Below are positions 29,562-39,498 of a DNA stretch of 64,000 nucleotides, piece by piece. The first letter of the stretch is position 1. Each line of letters begins with the position of its first letter. A program made the translations under genes and the position numbers. The notes below the pieces were generated by a model. The model did no database searches, had not been told where the DNA came from, and saw nothing but the letters and a program-made list of their open reading frames with translations. The DNA is from a virus: the IMG/VR virus record IMGVR_UViG_3300036795_000241, positions 1-64,000 of that record; one strand, given 5' to 3'.

Positions 29562-29816
29562 ATGACTGAGACCAATTACGCCGTTGCTCCGGGCGAGTAC
29601 CTGGAGGAGTGGATCGATGACCGCGACCTCTCTCGGCAGCACGTCGCCGACCTCCTGGGCTTCAGCCGCAAGCAGGTCAACGAGATCGTAAACGGGCGTG
29701 CGCCGATAACCGGCCACATCGCAATCCGGCTGAAGCGGGTTGTCGGCATTCCCGCCGACACCTGGTTGCGGTACGAAGCGTCCTACCGAGCCGACCTGGC
29801 CCGTATCGCCGAGTAG
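29562..29816 (+). CDS. HigA-like XRE helix-turn-helix protein
   Basis: PGEYLEEW..LSRQHVADLLG.SRKQVNEIVNGRAPIT...AIRL....G.....WL pattern. Confidence 0.8.
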   Translation: MTETNYAVAPGEYLEEWIDDRDLSRQHVADLLGFSRKQVNEIVNGRAPITGHIAIRLKRVVGIPADTWLRYEASYRADLARIAE

Positions 29817-29828
29817 GAGGAGCAACTA

Positions 29829-30125
29829 ATGCCGCAGCAGAACGAAGAGCACGTTCCCGACAGTGCAGTTCTCGCCGAAATCCTCGAGGACATGCAGGCG
29901 CACGAGGAGGAGGAGGAGGACGATGTCGAAATCTCCTTCGCCGATGCACTGCGTTCGTACCTCGGCAACCTGAGTGACGATGCGCATGACGCCGGAACGG
30001 ATGTCGAGTACATTCTCGGACTCGCCGGTCGCGTCAACGCGATCAAGCGTATCCACACGCAGCTAGGGATGCCGACCGAAGACCCGCTCTACTTCCCGAC
30101 CTTCGATGAGCTAATGGAGATGTGA
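29829..30125 (+). CDS. Acidic hypothetical protein
   Basis: GGAGG RBS. Confidence 0.65.
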   Translation: MPQQNEEHVPDSAVLAEILEDMQAHEEEEEDDVEISFADALRSYLGNLSDDAHDAGTDVEYILGLAGRVNAIKRIHTQLGMPTEDPLYFPTFDELMEM

Positions 30126-30126
30126 G

Positions 30127-30432
30127 ATGCCGATATTCACCTGGTCGCATCGGCCAGCCGCCGTTCCGGGCAGCGCACTGGAGGCGACGCTGTACATCGC
30201 CCGCGCGCAGTTCGCCGTTGAGCGCTTTATCGCCGGCGACCCGCACTTCACGTGGATCGCGGACTACGCCACCCGTATCTGCGACGATTGCAGTGAGATT
30301 CAGACCGCCGCCGACGGGAATCACGTGGTCTACCGCGATCTGCTGATCGTCGGGTGCGAAGGCTACCGCCACCTTCCGCCGCAGTTCCTCGGGCTGGACG
30401 GTAGCAACTGGGAGGACTGGACGAAGTCGTAG
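30127..30432 (+). CDS. Hypothetical protein
   Basis: Coupled ORF with GGAG RBS. Confidence 0.6.
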   Translation: MPIFTWSHRPAAVPGSALEATLYIARAQFAVERFIAGDPHFTWIADYATRICDDCSEIQTAADGNHVVYRDLLIVGCEGYRHLPPQFLGLDGSNWEDWTKS

Positions 30433-30499
30433 GTGACACCGAGGACGAAACGCCGAAAGGCGTCCACGGCTTAGGTGGCCGTGCCGACGAGTCCGTCAC
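30433..30499 (+). ncRNA. Type II hammerhead ribozyme (core CCGACGA variant)
   Basis: GGAC-GAAA-CGCC(gaaa)GGCG-TC-CACGGC(ttaggtg)GCCGTG-CCGACGA-GTCC; three perfect stems with the core nucleotides in place; strictly intergenic. Confidence 0.85.
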
Positions 30500-30523
30500 T
30501 TTCCGCGACAGGAGCAACACGCA

Positions 30524-31090
30524 ATGAGTACTACGCCCACACCGAAGAGGCACCACCGCATCCGCAACACCGTGATTGGCGGTATCGTTATCGGCGGCTT
30601 CGCCATCGCGATGGCGAACACTGGCGGAAGCAGCCAGTCGCCGACCGCCAAGTCCTCCGTCGCGCCCGTTTCCGTGTGCAAGACGCCGAGTCCCGTGAGC
30701 CCGGGAACGGCGTGTGCGCAGCCGAAGAAGGCGTCCGCCACACCCGCGGCGGTTACCGTTCCGACCACTCCGCCTCCGGCCCCGGCGCCGAAGTCCGACA
30801 CCGTAACGTACCAGGTGACCGGCACCGCTCCGGCCGATGTCACGTACGGACCGTCCGGCTCGAACTCGACCGGTTCCGTCCCGATGAGCACGACGGTGAA
30901 CATCCCGGACAAGGCGCCGGCGTACTACGCGATCAGTGCGCAGCTGCAGGGCGACGGCGCCGTGAGCTGCGTGATCCGGGTCAACGGAAAGGCGGTCTCG
31001 GTCGGGCAGGCGTCCGGCGGCTACAACATCGCCACCTGCGAGATCACCCAGGGCCTGTTCGGCGGCTGGGAGGACGCGAACGCTGGCTGA
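30524..31090 (+). CDS. MmpS-like membrane-anchored protein
   Basis: One TM segment, Pro/Ala linker, VTYQVTG..VSCVIRVNGK..ATC domain. Confidence 0.75.
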   Translation: MSTTPTPKRHHRIRNTVIGGIVIGGFAIAMANTGGSSQSPTAKSSVAPVSVCKTPSPVSPGTACAQPKKASATPAAVTVPTTPPPAPAPKSDTVTYQVTGTAPADVTYGPSGSNSTGSVPMSTTVNIPDKAPAYYAISAQLQGDGAVSCVIRVNGKAVSVGQASGGYNIATCEITQGLFGGWEDANAG

Positions 31091-31124
31091 CTGCGCCCCG
31101 GCTCCGTAACTTAGACCAAGCAGC

Positions 31125-31153
31125 TTGACATCCGCGAAGAACTCTGCTAGACT
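31125..31153 (+). promoter_or_regulatory. Housekeeping-sigma promoter
   Basis: TTGACA-17-TAGACT. Confidence 0.8.
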
Positions 31154-31183
31154 GTAGCTGGATGGGGAGAGAGGAGGTACCCG

Positions 31184-34100
31184 ATGTTTAGTCCATTCCC
31201 GCTGAGAACGTGGCCCTTGTGTCTCGTCCTGGTTATCGTGCTCGGATGGCCGTATTTCGTGTGGTCGGGAGGGGAAGCTGCACGAGCGACGGTCCTGTGG
31301 TGCCTCTTCCTCTCCCTGTCCGTTATCGCCATTCGCATTCTCGTAGTCAGGAGCAAGCGTCATGTCCGCCGTTAACCAGAAGGGAGTCGCACCGAGGTCC
31401 GTTATCGGGGCAGTCTTCCTGTCCATCGTCATACCGGGTGCCGGCGCAATGTACGGTGGCAGGTCCGGCGACGGGATCTTCCAGATGATCCTCTTCGTCC
31501 TCGGATTCGTCATCGCAGTCGCGATCACCCCGTATGTCGTACTGCTGTTCCCGATTCTGTACCTGTTCGCCTTGCTCTCGGCGGCGTCATCCGTCAAGCA
31601 GTGGAACGCTGCACACGGGATCGTGTCGTAAGTGGGTCTCCGTAACCTATTCCGTACCCGCTGGATCGGCGACAATCCGATCAGCTGGGAAGAATGCTGG
31701 CGCTGCAATGGGGCGGGGTACCTCACGCTGCGCCCCGGAGTAGGTTACGTCCCCGCCTTCCGAATCGACGGTAATACGACCGAGTGCAACATCTGCGGAG
31801 CGTACAAGTTCGTACCGGTTTCTCGCCGGGCCGAAGGAGAAGTGGAGATGCGTAATGGCTGACGATGACGGCGTTCGGACCCTGGTTGCTATCGGAATCT
31901 TCCGCAATCGGAAGCCGGAGGCACCGGAGCCGAGCGCCGCAAAGGTGTTCGATGTCGATCTTGAGCTGAGCATGATCGCGCCGGAATCCCGCGCAAAGGT
32001 TAAACGGCTGATCGCGCTCGATCCGGCACTGGCGGAAGGTCTCATCGAGGTTGTCCGCAGCGCGTACGACGAAGGCTCGGACGACGCCATCGACACCATC
32101 GCTACAGGTACTACACACGAAAGGTAGGGGGCGCAATGTCTCGTATCGTAATGGTCGAATTCGCGGACAAGAAGGAAGCCGACTCGTTCGTTCGGGGGAT
32201 GCAGCCGAATGCCGAGACCGAGCTGAGTCTCGACACCGCAAAGGTCGTCGCCACCGTTGCGCGACCCGAGAAGTGGTGCACCTGCGCCTACGTCGAGACG
32301 GGGACCCGCCGTGGTCGCCGTTCGAAGAGTCGTTCGCGCGGTGACTTCGGCTGGACGCGCGGGGCGCACTACGGGTGGATGCTCTGCACGAAGTGTCACA
32401 AGCCGAGCAAGGCGATGGTCGAGCACTTCGTGACGACACTACTCGCTGGGGCGAACGACCTCACGCCGGAAATCCTCGGCGAAGGTGTCCCGATCTCGCC
32501 ACACCAGCGGTGGCTACTGGAAGGCGGTACCGAGATCGGGTACGGCGAAGGCTTCCCGGTCGAGGACGGCAAGCGCACGATGGTCGGTTAGGAGGAGACC
32601 TTTGTCGACTCAATCGGTCGTTCGCGACGTACACTTCGTGGTCGCAAATCACGCTACCGCCTGCGGGGAAGCAGGCGGTGCACTGCGACAGACCTTCGAG
32701 GTCACGTGCTGGAACTGTCGATCGACCGACGCATTCCTCGACGAGCGGATGCGCCAGAACCTAAGGGAGGCGAGTGATCGTGGCGGTGACCGGTCCGCCG
32801 AAGCTAGATACGTGTAGCGTTTGCGCTTCAACGCAGCTCGAACCGCACTGTGCCTCACCGAAGTGCGATTGGCGTAAGTGCACCGCGTGTCGCAATCTAC
32901 TCGGAATGTGGCACCTCTACCGTTCGAGGCTTAACAACGGATCGTTCCGCTACCACGTTCACGTCTCCGGAAAGGACGAACACTTTACGTAGAAGTGAGA
33001 GGACCGGCCGCCGCCAACGAACCGGTCCCCTCTACCGCCGAACCTCCGAACGGGAAACTCACTCTTTCCAGCGCCTCGTTCCACCTTCCAGGTTACCAGA
33101 GGTCAATAGTTTCGGCAAGTATCACACGAATGAGAGGAAAGGCGTGCCGACCGTTATTGAAGACGAGGCGTGGGAAGCCGTGTCGGATACCGAACGGAGT
33201 ATCGAACGCAATACGACACCGAGTAACGGCGCACAGTTGTGCACTGCGAAAGGCCTCGTAGCAGTAGCGAAGGCGCTGCTTGCGATTAACGAAACGCTGA
33301 GGGGATAACGTGGACGACACTTCCGCGACGGCCAACGGGAAAGACCGCGAATCCATCGCGAGACGTCATGTCGCGAATCCGCCGAACAAGTACACGGAAT
33401 TCGAACACTGCATCTACGACGGTGACGAGTGGCCCTGCGATGCCGCAATGCTCCTCCTCGCACTGGAGGAGAAGAAGCATCCGCCGGCGTACATAATCCA
33501 GGGCGTTAACGGTCACCTCGTACTGACCTCGGAAAGCGATTCCGCGCTCTCGTTCACGCTTGCGCTGGTCGATGAGAATTACCGTGCCTCCGTTCGCTTC
33601 ATGGTTGTCGATGAGCAGCTCATTCGCGATAACATCGCCACCGTGGCCAGCGAAGTGCGTAGCGGGAATCCCGGGTTGACAACCCGGTAGTTGTCTGCTA
33701 TACTGTCGGTATGACCGTAACCGCGACTACGGAGGTATAGACGCATGGCACAGGAACCCCGCGATCTCAGCCTCGAGGTTAAGCTAAAGGGTCTCGATGA
33801 GAAGATCGCCGAACTTCGCGAGGTGATCCGCGAGGCGAACGGAATGCTGAAGGATCTCGATCGCGAGAAGCGGAACGCGGCGAACCTGATCACCTCGCGA
33901 CTGAGCGCGGACGCTCTCGAAAAGGCCATCGGCGAACTCATCGATGAAGGGCTCAAGAAGTACGATGACTCGCTAGCGAAAGCAATCGATATGTCCGAGA
34001 AGCGGATCTGGAATCGCTTCGACCTCATCGTGGCAATCGCTCTCGGCGAAGATGCGCAGTCCGTTCGCCAAGGGAAGCCGTCTATTGACGATCTGATCCG

Positions 34101-35315
34101 CCAGCACATCGCCTTCCACGGACCGCTACCGGTGAGACCCCCGCTACCGGACAAGTTCGATGAACGCGTTGCACACCGTTTGCTCGATCAGTTCGGACTG
34201 GAGATCCGCTCGGACGGAAAGGTCCCGGAAGGTACGATGCTGGTCATCGGGACTGGCCGAAACCCGGCCACCGGTATCGAAGAAGAAGTCGTAAACGTCG
34301 TCAAGCAAACCGACAGGAAGTAGCTAATGCGTACACTCATTCTGCGTCTCGAAGACGAGGACTACGAGACGATAACGCTGCTGCGGGAAGCGTTGAAGCG
34401 TGACGGGTCGCTAAGCGACCACAATCGCGAGGAACTGCTCGCCGCAATCGCAACCGCGGACATCGCGAATGCGCAACGGGATTATGTACTCGCGAAGTCA
34501 CTGATTGTCGTGCAGGAACGTGCCGGTGCGGCCAAGCTGTTCATCGATGGCGAGCCGTTCCCGTACGCGACACTGGACGGGTTCTCGGTGCATCCGAAGC
34601 GAGGTAACGCACCCGGCGTTTCGTGTACGCTTTACGCGGATCGGGTCGAACTCATCTCGACGATGGACGAGGTCACGAAGGACGAAAAGGAGCGGCTGTT
34701 CGGTGGATAGCGTACTGGCGGTAATCCTCTACGCAACGTATCTCGCTACCGCACTCGTAATCATCACTGCTTTCGTTGTCGTAGGGCTGCCCAAACTGCG
34801 TAGACCGTCCGCGCAGCCTACCGAATTGCGGTACAGCATCTCGCGGACCCGTGCGCTCGAGTTCGACCTCTACGAGAAGTACTTCACCCGCCTGGACGGT
34901 ACGATCGATTACCGCGGCTTCCTCGAACCCGGTTCGATAGCGCAAGTAGAAGCGTGCGAAAACGCGGTTAGCTATGTCGTAAAGAACCTAGGTCCGATGA
35001 CGTCATTCGACGAGTTCATCCGTACGGCGGAGCGAATGATCACCGCGGCTTACGCCGTACCCAGTGTCGAGATTTTCGTACCGGAGGAACGCGAACCGAT
35101 TCGCCGAATCGCACTGGACGGAAGCTACTTCTTCGGAGGGGACGATGATAACTGACGGAGCAGCAATCGCGGAGGAGGAGCGCAAACCGGTACTCTGCTC
35201 TCGGTGCACGAAACACGCCGGTAAACGGCTGCACTGGTGCATTAAGCTAGCTTTCCCGCCCGGACAATTGCCGGTGCGGTGCCAGTGCCCCTGCGAACAG
35301 TGGAGGAAGAAGTGA
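31184..35315 (+). other. Run of small hypothetical CDS including membrane (31184-31375, 31362-31631), Cys-rich (31632-31862, 32136-32591, 32774-32992) and coiled-coil (33745-34323) proteins
   Basis: Closely packed ORFs with RBS motifs on the + strand. Confidence 0.6.
33676..33704 (+). promoter_or_regulatory. Housekeeping-sigma promoter with a palindrome over the -35 box
   Basis: TTGACA-17-TATACT; CCGGGTTG-A-CAACCCGG. Confidence 0.8.
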
Positions 35316-35713
35316 CCGAATCGGCATACCTGCATCAGCACGATGACGACATTCTTAGCGAGCAAGCGAAGGCGCAGATCGGTGTCGTGGACGATTGGCT
35401 GGACCGGGATGTCGGTCCATCGTACAAGGTCGCTCCGTTGGCGCAGGACTGGGCGCGCGTTGCGAAAGTCTGCGAAGAGGCCGGCGAAGCGATCAAGAAC
35501 CTCATCGGCGCAACGGGTCAGAACCCGCGGAAAGGGATCAGCTGCGAGATCGAGGACGTGTTCTCCGAACTCGCGGATGCGTGGTGTAGCGCAATGTTCG
35601 GGATTCAGCACTTCACGAAGGACACTGACGAGACGGAACGCATCCTCCGGGGTGCACTGGAGAAGGCCTACCGTCGCGCGGTTGGTGCCCCGGTACAGCG
35701 TCCGCGACCGTGA
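35312..35713 (+). CDS. MazG-like NTP pyrophosphohydrolase
   Basis: KVCEEAGE, GQNPRKG and ELAD motifs. Confidence 0.8.
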   Translation: MTESAYLHQHDDDILSEQAKAQIGVVDDWLDRDVGPSYKVAPLAQDWARVAKVCEEAGEAIKNLIGATGQNPRKGISCEIEDVFSELADAWCSAMFGIQHFTKDTDETERILRGALEKAYRRAVGAPVQRPRP

Positions 35714-35855
35714 AACGGGAAGACGGAAGTAGCTACTGGTTCGGCTGGATGAGTCCGATCGGAATCATCTGGCTGTGGCACGCGTTGTTCGACGGTACGC
35801 AACTATGTCGCTGCCAGCACAGTGCGGAATATCGACAAGCTCGGCGATCGGTGAC

Positions 35856-35885
35856 TTGACAGTTTACCGCAACCGGGTATATGCT
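35856..35885 (+). promoter_or_regulatory. Housekeeping-sigma promoter upstream of the primase
   Basis: TTGACA-18-TATGCT. Confidence 0.7.
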
Positions 35886-36099
35886 GGAGGCTTATTAGAA
35901 GTGGAAAGGCCCGGGCCGCGACTCCCGAGCCTTTCCCAAGCCAGCACATATCGGACGGAGGTGCTGAGCAATCAGTCCATCCGGTCGCAGGAAAGGACCA
36001 ACAAACCTACGTCATCGAAAGGACCAACTAATGTCCAGAATACCCGATCCACCCAATCCCTGTCAAGTCCGCACTTCTATTGCCCTGCGGTAGGGCAAC

Positions 36100-38277
36100 G
36101 TGGTAGCCGCGACAGCATCCTCGCTACAAGAATGCATCGATAAGCTCGAGGACGTTACACAGGAGGGGTCGGAGTACCGAGCACTTTGTCCGAATCACGG
36201 CGGACACGCACTACTTGTCTTCATCGACAAACGGAACAAGAATAGTGGTCGCGTCGTATTCCAGTGCAAGGCAGGATGCGAATATAGCGAGCTTGTCGTA
36301 AAGCTTCGCGAGCTCGGGATTCAACCCTTCGGCGACAATCTCGAATTCGTATACACCGACGCTAACGGAAAGCCGCTGTTCATCAAGGTAAAGTACCGTC
36401 GCAAGTCCGACGGGCACAAGGCGCACTTCTACAAGTGCTTCGGGCGTAACGGCGTACCGATGAATCACAACAGCAAAACGAAGAATACGCGCGGACCGGA
36501 CGGTAAGTGCAAGCGATGCGGAGAGAAGGATGTTCCGCCGACACTATACCGACTACCTGAGCTTATCGAAGGTATCCGCAACGGTGCGGAAGTGTGGTTC
36601 TGCGAAGGCGAGAAAGATGCCGATGCCGTATTCGAACGTCGCGGAAAGCGGAACATTGTCGTTACGTCAACGATGAACGGTGCGGATGACTGGAATGCGG
36701 AATACCGAGATCAGCTTGCCGGTGCCGCGTCAATCGTCATCGTTGCACATAACGACACGAAACTAGCTACCGGTACGAATCCAGGTTATCGTGGTGCGTG
36801 GAAGCGCTACGTATCGCTAAGCGAGTTCTCGAGCGTATCCGTAAAGCGAGCCGCCGAAGGTAACGATGCATTCGATCACTTCGCAAACGACCACGAACTC
36901 GATGACTTCGTATCCGTTTCGCCAGAGGAACTAGCGCAATACGCGAATCCCGATACACCTACCGCATCGCTAGCTGGCGAATTCGAATACACGCAACCGG
37001 AATACGCGGATCGCTTTGTCGCATTGTACGGTGATCGCTTTCGGTATATCACCGCGGAAGAGTGCTGGCTGTACTACGATGAAGGTCGATGGCGCGAAGA
37101 TCAGTACGACACCGCATTCCACTTCGCCGAGACGCTATGTCGCGAGATCCTCAACGAAACGCCACGAATCGGCGATGACGGTAAGCGGAACCCGAACTAT
37201 CAAGCTGCGAAAGATCGAACTAGTGTCGGCAATATCGGTGCGATCTGTCGGATTGCCCGCAATCGCCGCCCAGTTGTCACGACACGTGAGAAGTTCGATA
37301 GCGACCCGTTCCTGCTGAACCTCGCAAACGGAACGTACGACCTGCGTGCCCGTGAGCTTCGCGGATACGATCAGTCCGATATGATCACGAAGCTAATCCC
37401 GTATCGCTATGACCCGGAAGCGAACGGTCCGGACTTCGATGAGTACTTCGCGGAAGTGCAACCGGACGAGCACTGGCGGGAGCAGATACTTCGCGATCTC
37501 GGATATTCGATAACCGGGAAGTACGGTGAGTTCGTATTCGTGCATGTCGGTAGTGGCGGTAACGGAAAGACCACGCTACTGAAGCTCGTTTCGCGGATCT
37601 TCCACGATTACGCAACCGCCGCTTCGTGGAAGATCCTCTCGAACAAAGCGGAAGACACGCACGAGACGATTCTAGCCGAGCTCGAAGGTAAGCGATTCGG
37701 GATTGTTCAGATGGGCGGACGCGCCCTCTCGTCCGAGCAGCTACGAACGATTGTCGCGGAGCCCGATTTCAAGGCACGTCGAATGCGCAGCGACTCCCGC
37801 ACGATTGAAGCTACGCACACGTTGCACGTGGCGCAGAACGATCCGCCTCCGATGAAGCAGCTTGACGCGAGTACACGTCGCCGAATCGTGGTCATCGAGT
37901 GGACCACCGTAATCGAAGATCAGGACGATACACTTCCCGATAAGCTTATCGCGTGCGGCGATTACGTATTGACGCGGATCATCGAGGCGTACTATCGCTT
38001 CAACCGGCACGAAATCGATAAGACCGCAACGGAAGCATACTTCGAGAAGAATCGCGTATACGCGTGGATCGCTGAGGCACTGGAGCCGGACGCTAATTCG
38101 TGGATCTCCACCGACGTGCTGTACGAAGCGTACAAGGAGTGGAGCGAAAGCTTCGGCGAGAAGGCGGAATCTTCTACGTCACTCGGTCGTACGCTAACGG
38201 CTCTCGGTTCGCTTCGTGACCGCAAATCGGAAGGCGGAAGGAAGCTGGTTATGCGCTCGGGTTTCCGATTCCGCTAG
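36100..38277 (+). CDS. DNA primase-helicase (Zn finger + TOPRIM + D5/P4-type SF3 helicase)
   Basis: CPNH..C..C, CEGEKDAD, AHND, LNLANG, GSGGNGKTT and RRIVVI motifs. Confidence 0.92.
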   Translation: MVAATASSLQECIDKLEDVTQEGSEYRALCPNHGGHALLVFIDKRNKNSGRVVFQCKAGCEYSELVVKLRELGIQPFGDNLEFVYTDANGKPLFIKVKYRRKSDGHKAHFYKCFGRNGVPMNHNSKTKNTRGPDGKCKRCGEKDVPPTLYRLPELIEGIRNGAEVWFCEGEKDADAVFERRGKRNIVVTSTMNGADDWNAEYRDQLAGAASIVIVAHNDTKLATGTNPGYRGAWKRYVSLSEFSSVSVKRAAEGNDAFDHFANDHELDDFVSVSPEELAQYANPDTPTASLAGEFEYTQPEYADRFVALYGDRFRYITAEECWLYYDEGRWREDQYDTAFHFAETLCREILNETPRIGDDGKRNPNYQAAKDRTSVGNIGAICRIARNRRPVVTTREKFDSDPFLLNLANGTYDLRARELRGYDQSDMITKLIPYRYDPEANGPDFDEYFAEVQPDEHWREQILRDLGYSITGKYGEFVFVHVGSGGNGKTTLLKLVSRIFHDYATAASWKILSNKAEDTHETILAELEGKRFGIVQMGGRALSSEQLRTIVAEPDFKARRMRSDSRTIEATHTLHVAQNDPPPMKQLDASTRRRIVVIEWTTVIEDQDDTLPDKLIACGDYVLTRIIEAYYRFNRHEIDKTATEAYFEKNRVYAWIAEALEPDANSWISTDVLYEAYKEWSESFGEKAESSTSLGRTLTALGSLRDRKSEGGRKLVMRSGFRFR

Positions 38278-38290
38278 GATGATAGACCCT

Positions 38291-38544
38291 GGACACGGTT
38301 TTGGACACGGTTACTACATGCGTCCTTGCTGGGAGGACACGGTTTGACATGGTTTTCAGTCTTTCACCCTCAGGGGAAAAAGGCGAACTATATGTCTATT
38401 GAGCCTACAATATCGTACGTCGATATTGTTTTTCTCCCATACAGGACTATAGTCTAAAAAACCGTGCCAACCGTGTCCCGCGCCAGTATACGAGATGTAG
38501 AACCGTGTCCAAAACCGTGTCCTAACCATGTCCGAACCGTGTCC
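38291..38544. repeat. Iteron/inverted-repeat cluster, candidate replication origin
   Basis: GGACACGGTT-type units at 38291, 38303, 38335, 38345; inverted AACCGTGTCC-type units at 38460, 38469, 38501, 38513, 38524, 38535; AT-rich centre. Confidence 0.8.
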
Positions 38545-38546
38545 AG

Positions 38547-38575
38547 TTGACACTCCGGTAAGAAGGGTATATACT
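38547..38575 (+). promoter_or_regulatory. Housekeeping-sigma promoter abutting the last iteron
   Basis: TTGACA-17-TATACT. Confidence 0.8.
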
Positions 38576-38581
38576 GTCGCT

Positions 38582-38848
38582 ATGGAGAGCAAAAGTATCG
38601 CGGATGGCGAAAAGCTAATCGACCTGATGTTCGGTGAGTTCGATGAGGTAGCGATCGCTATCGTATCGCACGGAAGTGCGAATCCAAGCTGCAACGGCTT
38701 CGTGGTGCACGCACAGAGTGCTAGCGAAGCTAAGCATATCCTACGAAATGCGAATCGCTATCGTTACTGTCCACGATGCGGGCAGGACAATCACTTCCAC
38801 GGAACCGTTAGCTTGCAGTGGAACTTCGAAGTACGCACCTCGAAATGA
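38582..38848 (+). CDS. Hypothetical Zn-ribbon protein (probably leaderless)
   Basis: ATG 6 nt after the -10 box; CPRC motif. Confidence 0.6.
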   Translation: MESKSIADGEKLIDLMFGEFDEVAIAIVSHGSANPSCNGFVVHAQSASEAKHILRNANRYRYCPRCGQDNHFHGTVSLQWNFEVRTSK

Positions 38849-38991
38849 CAATGGCGAACGGTGGTGCAAGGTGCCCGAATCGACCGCACAGTTCGTCAAG
38901 CTAGCCATTAACCGCCACACCCCCGTTGCTAGACCGAAGCAACGACGTTTTCGTAGCTTACCCGACCACCGAAAGCGTAATCGCGACCAGC

Positions 38992-39020
38992 TTGACAAAC
39001 CGGAGCATCTCTGCTATACT
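38992..39020 (+). promoter_or_regulatory. Housekeeping-sigma promoter
   Basis: TTGACA-17-TATACT. Confidence 0.8.
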
Positions 39021-39252
39021 ACTGGATGAGAGGAGGTTGACGAGATGGCCCCAGTAAAACCGATTCAGATCAAAGATATCGACGAAACGTCCAAGCGGGT
39101 GCGCGCGGAACTGCGTACCTGCATCGATGCGCATATCCGGGGCGATAACGTGTCGGCTTACGCAGCTGCGGAACGCGCTCAGCACATTTGCTTCGAGCTC
39201 AAAGAGCTCTTCATGCAGCCGCTGAGTATCCGAGGAAGGAAACCGAGTCCGA

Positions 39253-39498
39253 GTGACGATGAAATGGCGCAAAGCCAGCTACAGCAACCCGAGCGGTAAC
39301 TGCGCGGAGGTCTCGCAACCGGAACGGTTGGCAGAATGGCGCAAGCCATCACGCAGTAACAGCCAGGGTGCGTGCTTCGAGGTCGCGGAAGCGGACGGCA
39401 TAATCGCACTCCGCGACAGCAAGGACCCGCACGGTCCGCAGTTCCACTTCTCCGCCAGTGCGTGGCGGGCCTACACCGAGAGGATAAAGGCGAGCTAA
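39253..39498 (+). CDS. DUF397 protein with a duplicated WRKxSxS..C.EV motif
   Basis: WRKASYS..NCAEV, WRKPSRS..ACFEVA, LRDSKDP.GP and AW..Y. Confidence 0.9.
   Translation: MTMKWRKASYSNPSGNCAEVSQPERLAEWRKPSRSNSQGACFEVAEADGIIALRDSKDPHGPQFHFSASAWRAYTERIKAS

Noticed and set aside
30248-31726. 492-aa minus-strand ORF
   Set aside because: Spans several well-supported + strand genes, a promoter and the ribozyme; shadow ORF
38291-38544. Possible CRISPR or mini-array
   Set aside because: Units are 10 bp, in both orientations and irregularly spaced, with no unique spacers of constant length; fits iterons
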